A stretch of DNA of 64,000 nucleotides from Cyanobacteria bacterium P01_F01_bin.150 (GTDB taxonomy: Bacteria; Cyanobacteriota; Cyanobacteriia; CAKZMO01). The stretch spans positions 4,874-68,873 of the forward strand of contig JBCCYL010000011.1 of NCBI GenBank assembly GCA_039189765.1, read 5' to 3'. Below the pieces are notes generated by a model. It had not been told where the DNA came from, ran no database searches, and worked only from the letters and a program-made list of their open reading frames with translations. Below are positions 58,484 through 64,000 of this stretch, piece after piece. Each line of letters starts with the position of its first letter. Position 1 is the first letter of the stretch. Made by a program: the position numbers and the translations under genes.

Positions 58484-60082
58484 ATGACACAGGGGCCAGT
58501 TTCTCCAGTAGTGTTAGTCATACTCGATGGTTGGGGATATCGTGAAAATCCTCAAGCAAATGCGGTTGCTTCTGCGAAAACCCCAGTAATGGACAGCTTA
58601 TGGGCTGCCTATCCCAGCACTTTAATCAAAACATCTGGTAAAGATGTCGGGTTACCTCATGGTCAAATGGGTAATTCTGAGGTGGGTCATTTAAATATTG
58701 GAGCGGGGCGCGTAGTCCCTCAAGAATTAGTTCGCATATCTGATGCCGTAGAAGACGGTACGCTTCTTCAAAATGAAGAGCTGGTTCGTCTATGTGAGTC
58801 TGTTCACTCCTCTCAGGGATCACTGCATATTGTGGGGCTTTGTTCTAAAGGTGGTGTCCATGCTCATCTTAATCACTTGTTTGGGCTGCTTGATCTAGCC
58901 AAAGCTCAAAATCTTGAAGATGTCTGTATTCATGCCATCACAGATGGACGAGATACAAAGCCTAAAGATGCGGTACTTGCTCTACAAGAAATTGAAGACT
59001 ACATCGATGAAGTAGGAATCGGTCGGATTTCTACCATCAGTGGTCGTTACTATGCGATGGACCGCGATCGCCGCTGGAATCGCACTCAAAAGAGCTACGA
59101 CGTGATGACGACTGAAGAGGATGGCGATGGTCGCTCGGCTATTGAGATTCTTAAGGCTTCCTATAACGACGGAGTAACAGATGAGTTTGTGATGCCGTGC
59201 CGCGTAGCATCTGGTTCAGTCAAGCCTGGTGATGGAGTTATATTTTTTAACTTCAGGCCAGATCGCGCACGCCAGCTTACTCAAGCATTTGTCGATTCTG
59301 ACTTCGATGGGTTTAAGCGGTCATTGATTCATCCCTTGGCCTTCACCACGTTTACTCAGTACAGTACGGAACTTCCAGTAAATGTGGCCTTCAAACCGCA
59401 AAATCTAGACAATATCTTGGGGCAAGTGGTTGCTAATCACGGGCTAAAGCAACTGCGCACGGCGGAAACAGAAAAATATGCCCATGTTACTTATTTCTTT
59501 AATGGCGGTGTGGAAAAGCCGTTTAAGGGAGAAGACCGAATCCTTGTCCCCAGCCCCATGGTTCCCACGTATGACAAAGCTCCTGAGATGTCTGCCCAAG
59601 CAGTGACTGACGGAGTGCTACATGCATTATCCAAACAAACCTATTCATTCATTGTGGTGAATTACGCCAATCCAGACATGGTCGGTCACACCGGTAGTAT
59701 TTCTGCAACGGCTAAGGCTGTCGAGACTGTTGATAAATGTTTAGGACAACTTTTGGAAGGCGTTATCAAAGTAGGGGGCACAACGATTGTCATTGCTGAC
59801 CACGGTAATGCAGAATATATGCAGGATGATCAAGGTAACCCCTGGACTGCTCACACCACCAACCCGGTGCCATTTGTCCTTGTAGAGGGGGAAAAACGCA
59901 AGATTCCGGGCTATGGGACAACGGTTCCCTTGCGTACTGATGGTCGTTTGGCAGATATTGCACCAACAATATTGCATATTTTAGGATTACCCCAGCCTGC
60001 TGAAATGACCGGAGTCTCGATGATTAAGGAAAGGCAAATAGAATTTACTCGTAGTCGTACACCCGTTTCATTATCTATCTAG
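58484..60082 (+). CDS. gpmI: 2,3-bisphosphoglycerate-independent phosphoglycerate mutase
   Basis: VVLVILDGWGYRE, GQMGNSEVGHLNIGAGR, GGVHAH and ADHGNAE. Confidence 0.95.
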   Translation: MTQGPVSPVVLVILDGWGYRENPQANAVASAKTPVMDSLWAAYPSTLIKTSGKDVGLPHGQMGNSEVGHLNIGAGRVVPQELVRISDAVEDGTLLQNEELVRLCESVHSSQGSLHIVGLCSKGGVHAHLNHLFGLLDLAKAQNLEDVCIHAITDGRDTKPKDAVLALQEIEDYIDEVGIGRISTISGRYYAMDRDRRWNRTQKSYDVMTTEEDGDGRSAIEILKASYNDGVTDEFVMPCRVASGSVKPGDGVIFFNFRPDRARQLTQAFVDSDFDGFKRSLIHPLAFTTFTQYSTELPVNVAFKPQNLDNILGQVVANHGLKQLRTAETEKYAHVTYFFNGGVEKPFKGEDRILVPSPMVPTYDKAPEMSAQAVTDGVLHALSKQTYSFIVVNYANPDMVGHTGSISATAKAVETVDKCLGQLLEGVIKVGGTTIVIADHGNAEYMQDDQGNPWTAHTTNPVPFVLVEGEKRKIPGYGTTVPLRTDGRLADIAPTILHILGLPQPAEMTGVSMIKERQIEFTRSRTPVSLSI

Positions 60083-60154
60083 GAAATCAGTTCTGCTTTC
60101 AACTGTGGATTATGCGATGATGGGTTGTATTTCAAAGTAAAAAGGAAGATGTAG

Positions 60155-60385
60155 ATGACGCTAGATGGTATTGCTCAAATCATTTGGGCCATTTCTGCTG
60201 TTGGGTTAATTATTCTGGTTCTTCTTCACAGTCCAAAAGGTGATGGACTCGGAGGATTAGGTGGGCAAGCCCAATTGTTTACAAGTACGAAAAGTGCAGA
60301 AACAACCTTAAATCGTTTGACTTGGACATTGACTGTCTTATTTATTGGCTTAACCCTTGCGCTCAGCGCAGGTTGGCTCGCTTAA
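60155..60385 (+). CDS. secG: Preprotein translocase subunit SecG
   Basis: 76 aa with two TM helices and LLHSPKGDGLGG. Confidence 0.88.
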   Translation: MTLDGIAQIIWAISAVGLIILVLLHSPKGDGLGGLGGQAQLFTSTKSAETTLNRLTWTLTVLFIGLTLALSAGWLA

Positions 60386-61270
60386 ATGCGGCTTAAAGGT
60401 TCTCACAATAATACTGGCATCAAGCGCAAAGGCTTGATGCTCACTGTGGGAGTAGCGATCGCCACTCTCCTTGTGATTATTGCCATGCCACCACTGACTG
60501 CCCAGCCCTCCTCACCCCCTAGCCTAAATCTTCCTGGTGCGGCTGCTCATCCCCTTCCTCCAGCCTTAGAAGCATGGGTTGATGTCAACAGCTCTGGAGA
60601 TTACTTTGAGCAAATTTCACCTGCCGGATTTGGTTATCTTGTTTGGAGTGATTTTCCCATTCACATTGTGCTCGACGAAACACTATTCCAGGACATTGAG
60701 TCAGATGGGCAAAATCATAACTCAGCGTATGAACAAAGCCCTGTTCCTCTTTTGGAGCAGCAACGGAATGACTGGCACCAAGCAATTGTCAAAGCTGTAG
60801 AGGACTGGAATCAGTTCATTCCTATAGAAATAATTGATGCTTCTATTTCTGGAGATAGCCGCACTGGAGACATTATTATTGCCGCTCAATCGCCCCCTTT
60901 ACGGTGGTCCTTGCCAGAAGAGAATGATAGCAACGTAGAGTCTATTGATGATCTACGGCCCCGTGCTCAAACGGCAGAAACAACATATACAATTTATTTA
61001 GAAAAAGTTAGTAACCACATGGTGATGAAGCAGAGGTACACCATTATGCTCTCGCCTAAGCAGTCGTTGGATTATCTCACATCGACTGCTCGTCACGAAA
61101 TCGGTCATGCATTGGGCCTTTGGGGGCATAGCCCTGAACCAGAAGATGCACTTTACTTTGCTCAAGTTCATACGCCACCGTCAATTTCAAATCGAGATAT
61201 CAATACGCTTCAAAAAATTTATCAGCAGCCGACTCAACTGGGCTGGCCCCTGATTGAAACTCCCTTGTAA
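60386..61270 (+). CDS. Secreted/membrane-anchored putative zinc metalloprotease (matrixin-like HExxHxxGxxH)
   Basis: An N-terminal hydrophobic anchor and HEIGHALGLWGHS near the C-terminus. The ATG immediately follows the secG TAA. Confidence 0.65.
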   Translation: MRLKGSHNNTGIKRKGLMLTVGVAIATLLVIIAMPPLTAQPSSPPSLNLPGAAAHPLPPALEAWVDVNSSGDYFEQISPAGFGYLVWSDFPIHIVLDETLFQDIESDGQNHNSAYEQSPVPLLEQQRNDWHQAIVKAVEDWNQFIPIEIIDASISGDSRTGDIIIAAQSPPLRWSLPEENDSNVESIDDLRPRAQTAETTYTIYLEKVSNHMVMKQRYTIMLSPKQSLDYLTSTARHEIGHALGLWGHSPEPEDALYFAQVHTPPSISNRDINTLQKIYQQPTQLGWPLIETPL

Positions 61271-61395
61271 ACCTTTATGCTGTATTTATTTGGCATGTGT
61301 GCAATTCTTGCCCTTTTTTCTTCTGGAAAAAGAGCGGTTTGAATAAGAGAGCAAATTATGATGGGCAAAAGCAACTGATAATTTATTAAAACAAC

Positions 61396-61746
61396 ATGGC
61401 TATGTCCCAGCTCACTATTAATTTAGTTCAAGGTTCTGTTACCTTTCAGTGCAGTGTTGAAGCTGCCAAAGCAATACAAGAAGATCTATCCAAACTGATT
61501 ATCAGTCTTAAAGCGGCGAGTAATTCTGTCGGAAGTGGTCAGCGTCCTCAACGTCAAGAATCGCTGGAGTATCGATATACAGGAGATGTTTTTTTAGAGC
61601 TTTTTTGTAATCCTAATATCTGGCCCTCTCCCTTTGCCGCAAAAGTCTTAATTACCTTAAAAGACAATCAAATTCGCCTTACAACTGAAGCGGAACTCAC
61701 CCAGGTGATCGAAGATATTAATCAATACTTAGAACAAAATAGCTAA
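61396..61746 (+). CDS. Hypothetical protein
   Basis: 116-aa ORF with plausible composition and no recognised motif. Confidence 0.5.
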   Translation: MAMSQLTINLVQGSVTFQCSVEAAKAIQEDLSKLIISLKAASNSVGSGQRPQRQESLEYRYTGDVFLELFCNPNIWPSPFAAKVLITLKDNQIRLTTEAELTQVIEDINQYLEQNS

Positions 61747-61870
61747 AACCTTCGGTATTCCTTTCCCTTCTATCCAAAGGCATTCTAAAATATATAAGGA
61801 GTGAGATTGATTTTCCATTTCTGGTCGTCTTAATGGACCATGAATATAGTTCTAATACAAAGCTTCCTAC

Positions 61871-62266
61871 ATGAATACTGATAATCTAGCTCAAATGATG
61901 CAAAAGGGCTTCCATGTCACTTTAGGAGCCGCTTCTTTTCTGGTTGACACAGCCATAACACCCAACCAAGAGCAACGTGATGCCAATCTCTCAAAGTTAC
62001 AGTCTGGAAATTTTGAGAGCCTTACAGAAGAATGGGCTGTAACTGGAGAACAAAAAGAGCAAGAAGCGAAGACATTTGTTGAATCCGTGATTACCAAAGA
62101 TGGTAGTTTCCCAGATATTCCCTTTCCAGGGTTTTCTAATTCATCTTCTTCGAGTACCTCCACTACAGTAGCCAATGGTCCGAGCGTCCCTACTGATATT
62201 CAGGACGATTTAGAAGCATTAACGACCGAGCTATCTGAAATTCGGGCAGCTCTGCGTAATGATTAG
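61871..62266 (+). CDS. Hypothetical protein
   Basis: 131-aa ORF with a Ser-rich linker. It is followed by a good intrinsic terminator. Confidence 0.55.
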   Translation: MNTDNLAQMMQKGFHVTLGAASFLVDTAITPNQEQRDANLSKLQSGNFESLTEEWAVTGEQKEQEAKTFVESVITKDGSFPDIPFPGFSNSSSSSTSTTVANGPSVPTDIQDDLEALTTELSEIRAALRND

Positions 62267-62313
62267 TATGAAATGCTCGTCCTAAACAGTAACTGAATAT
62301 CTTCTATGGTTAT

Positions 62314-62355
62314 GGAATCGAAGTGTTTAGCGCTTTGATTCCTTTTATGTTTCTG
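62314..62355 (+). terminator. Intrinsic terminator
   Basis: 10-bp stem ggaatcgaag/ctttgattcc (one G:U pair) followed by ttttatgtttc. Confidence 0.65.
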
Positions 62356-62536
62356 TAATTTTTTCTACGATTCTCCGTAAAATTACGGATTTAGAGGCCA
62401 GTGAACCTCTCAAACTTAGGTGTTCTTTTCGACGTGATAATGCTCAGCCTCTTGCTTTACTGAGCATTAATTAGAGGAAAGAGTAGGCATTTCTGATCTC
62501 TTCTGATGTTGGTGAACTGAGAATGGAGTTACTGGA

Positions 62537-62725
62537 ATGATTGATTACTGGAACCTTTATGATGGAAAAACCCCAAGAGAACTCAATCCCTATCGACTAC
62601 AGCTAGGGGATATGGTTATAGCTCCCGATGGCACTATTGGTCGCCTTCACGAACGCGCCCTCAAATGGGGAATGCTAGAGGATTGTGAGTACTATCAACT
62701 TGCTGACTTACGTCCTCTCGTATAG
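62537..62725 (+). CDS. Hypothetical small protein
   Basis: 62-aa ORF with no recognised motif. Confidence 0.4.
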   Translation: MIDYWNLYDGKTPRELNPYRLQLGDMVIAPDGTIGRLHERALKWGMLEDCEYYQLADLRPLV

Positions 62726-62726
62726 C

Positions 62727-63656
62727 TTATGAGGTTGCTTGAGGGTCAAAAGCATCACGTAGGCCATCACCAATGTAGTTAATGCTTAAGACGGTAAGGA
62801 AAATGGCTAACCCTGGAAAAATAGCCATGTGAGGATAGGCTGCGAAATAATTTTGGGCATCATAGAGCATCCGTCCCCAGGTAGGGCTGTCAGGAGGAAA
62901 CCCTAATCCTAAGAAGCTGAGTGTTGATTCAGTAATAATAGCTGTTCCAACGGACAACGTGGCGGCAACAATAATAGGGGCCAGAGTATTAGGAAGTAAA
63001 TGGCACCAAATAATTCGGGATGAACTCGACCCCATACTCTTAACAGCCCGAATAAAATCCCGCTGTTTAAGGCTTAAAAAATTAGCTCGCACTAGCCGCG
63101 CCACTGACATCCAGTTAAGGATACCAATGACTCCCGTCACTAAAGCAAAAGTGCCAACTTCTGGGCCAGCAATTGACCGTATTGGGTCTTGAAAGAGATA
63201 TAAGATTAGCAGCAGTAACGGTAACTGGGGCAGAGATAAAAAGAGATCGGTTAATCGCATCAACACGCCATCTAGCCAACCCCCATAAAATCCAGAGATC
63301 GCGCCTACCATTACTCCTAAGCTTATGGCCACTCCCATAGCCGATAAACCTACCGCCAGGGAAATTCGTCCTCCAGCCAAGATCCTTGCCAGTTGATCTT
63401 GGCCTAAATCATTGGTGCCAAAGGGATGGGACCATGTAGGCAGTTGACTAGACTGGGAGAAGTCAATCTCATTAGTAGGCACAGTATAAATCCATGGCCC
63501 CACGACAATTGCCAGAATAATGGCCACTAAAATAACAAGGCCAAGCATGGCAGTTGCGCTACGATAGAAACGTTGCCAGATAGGGGACCGTGATGATTCT
63601 TGTAAAGAGGTAATTGAGGAGGAGTAAGTCATGGGCAATCTTATCCAAATGGGCAA
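62727..63656 (-). CDS. ABC transporter permease (DppC/OppC-type, peptide/nickel class)
   Basis: Six TM helices and the EAA-loop-like FIRAVKSMGSSSSRIIWCHLLPNTLAPI. Confidence 0.88.
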   Translation of the reverse strand: MPIWIRLPMTYSSSITSLQESSRSPIWQRFYRSATAMLGLVILVAIILAIVVGPWIYTVPTNEIDFSQSSQLPTWSHPFGTNDLGQDQLARILAGGRISLAVGLSAMGVAISLGVMVGAISGFYGGWLDGVLMRLTDLFLSLPQLPLLLLILYLFQDPIRSIAGPEVGTFALVTGVIGILNWMSVARLVRANFLSLKQRDFIRAVKSMGSSSSRIIWCHLLPNTLAPIIVAATLSVGTAIITESTLSFLGLGFPPDSPTWGRMLYDAQNYFAAYPHMAIFPGLAIFLTVLSINYIGDGLRDAFDPQATS

Positions 63657-63736
63657 TTTTATCCTATCGCTACAATAATCAACTCGTAAATCATGCGTAA
63701 ATCAGCCGAGCGATTCCTGTTCGCTACTATCGCATT

Positions 63737-64000
63737 ATGACTATACCCTCTCGCTTATCAAAACTGGTTATTTTCAAACGGCTCATCCTGTCTGCTTTCG
63801 TGAGTATGGTGAGCTATTTCGCTCTGATGCGTCTGGGCTTTATATTTCCAATTCAATTACTGCCAGCGGTTTTGTGTTGGAATGTCTGTGAATCGGCTGA
63901 ACGATTACATCCCGATCGTCTAAGTAATGGCAATGTCAAGGATGACGTGACAACTGAAGCAATCGCCACCTTGCTACCCTCTAATTTCAACCATGACAAC
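63737..64000 (+). CDS. Hypothetical protein, N-terminal fragment (continues beyond the window)
   Basis: ATG at 63737, with the frame open to the window end (MTIPSRLSKLVIFKRLILSAFVSMVSYFALMRLGF...). Confidence 0.35.
   Translation, partial: MTIPSRLSKLVIFKRLILSAFVSMVSYFALMRLGFIFPIQLLPAVLCWNVCESAERLHPDRLSNGNVKDDVTTEAIATLLPSNFNHDN

Overview
The window is a cyanobacterial chromosome segment. The evidence is frequent GCGATCGC (HIP1) palindromes, ndhN, a DASH-type cryptochrome, Uma2/DUF820 genes, and an rplC-to-prfA gene order without rpsJ. All calls come from reading the sequence and the ORF translations by eye; no searches were run.

Layout:
- 0.7-5.4 kb: a GAF-GAF-PAS class III adenylate cyclase and Ppx/GppA.
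- 5.4-5.8 kb: an odd block of tRNA-like fragments.
- 6.1-8.8 kb: an M48 protease and LemA pair.
- 9.2-10.9 kb: a TPP riboswitch in front of an SSS-family transporter.
- 11.3-13.8 kb: a CHAT-CHASE2 membrane protein.
- 14.3-15.4 kb: a divergent isopropylmalate-dehydrogenase-family gene.
- 15.6-18.9 kb: two Uma2 nucleases and a HerA-like ATPase.
- 19.1-22.7 kb: a clearly AT-rich three-gene oxidoreductase/dioxygenase island.
- 23-37 kb: housekeeping and signalling genes (PfkB kinase, Cry-DASH, DUF2256, ftsX, ilvE, REC-GGDEF-EAL, CDF, Rbp, split UPF0016 pair, nadC, ndhN).
- 37.9-54.7 kb: the large ribosomal protein/secY/infA/rpoA/truA/prfA cluster.
- 54.9-64 kb: an SbcD-like nuclease, an ABC-F ATPase, gpmI, secG, a Zn-metalloprotease-like protein, small hypotheticals and an ABC permease.

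No rRNA, intact tRNA, CRISPR array or transposase was recognised.

The most unusual items are:
- the permuted-looking, duplicated tRNA-like modules next to a truncated ORF;
- the THI-box/SSS transporter pairing;
- the CHAT-CHASE2 fusion;
- the HerA-like ATPase followed by a Uma2 nuclease;
- the AT-rich tailoring-enzyme island.
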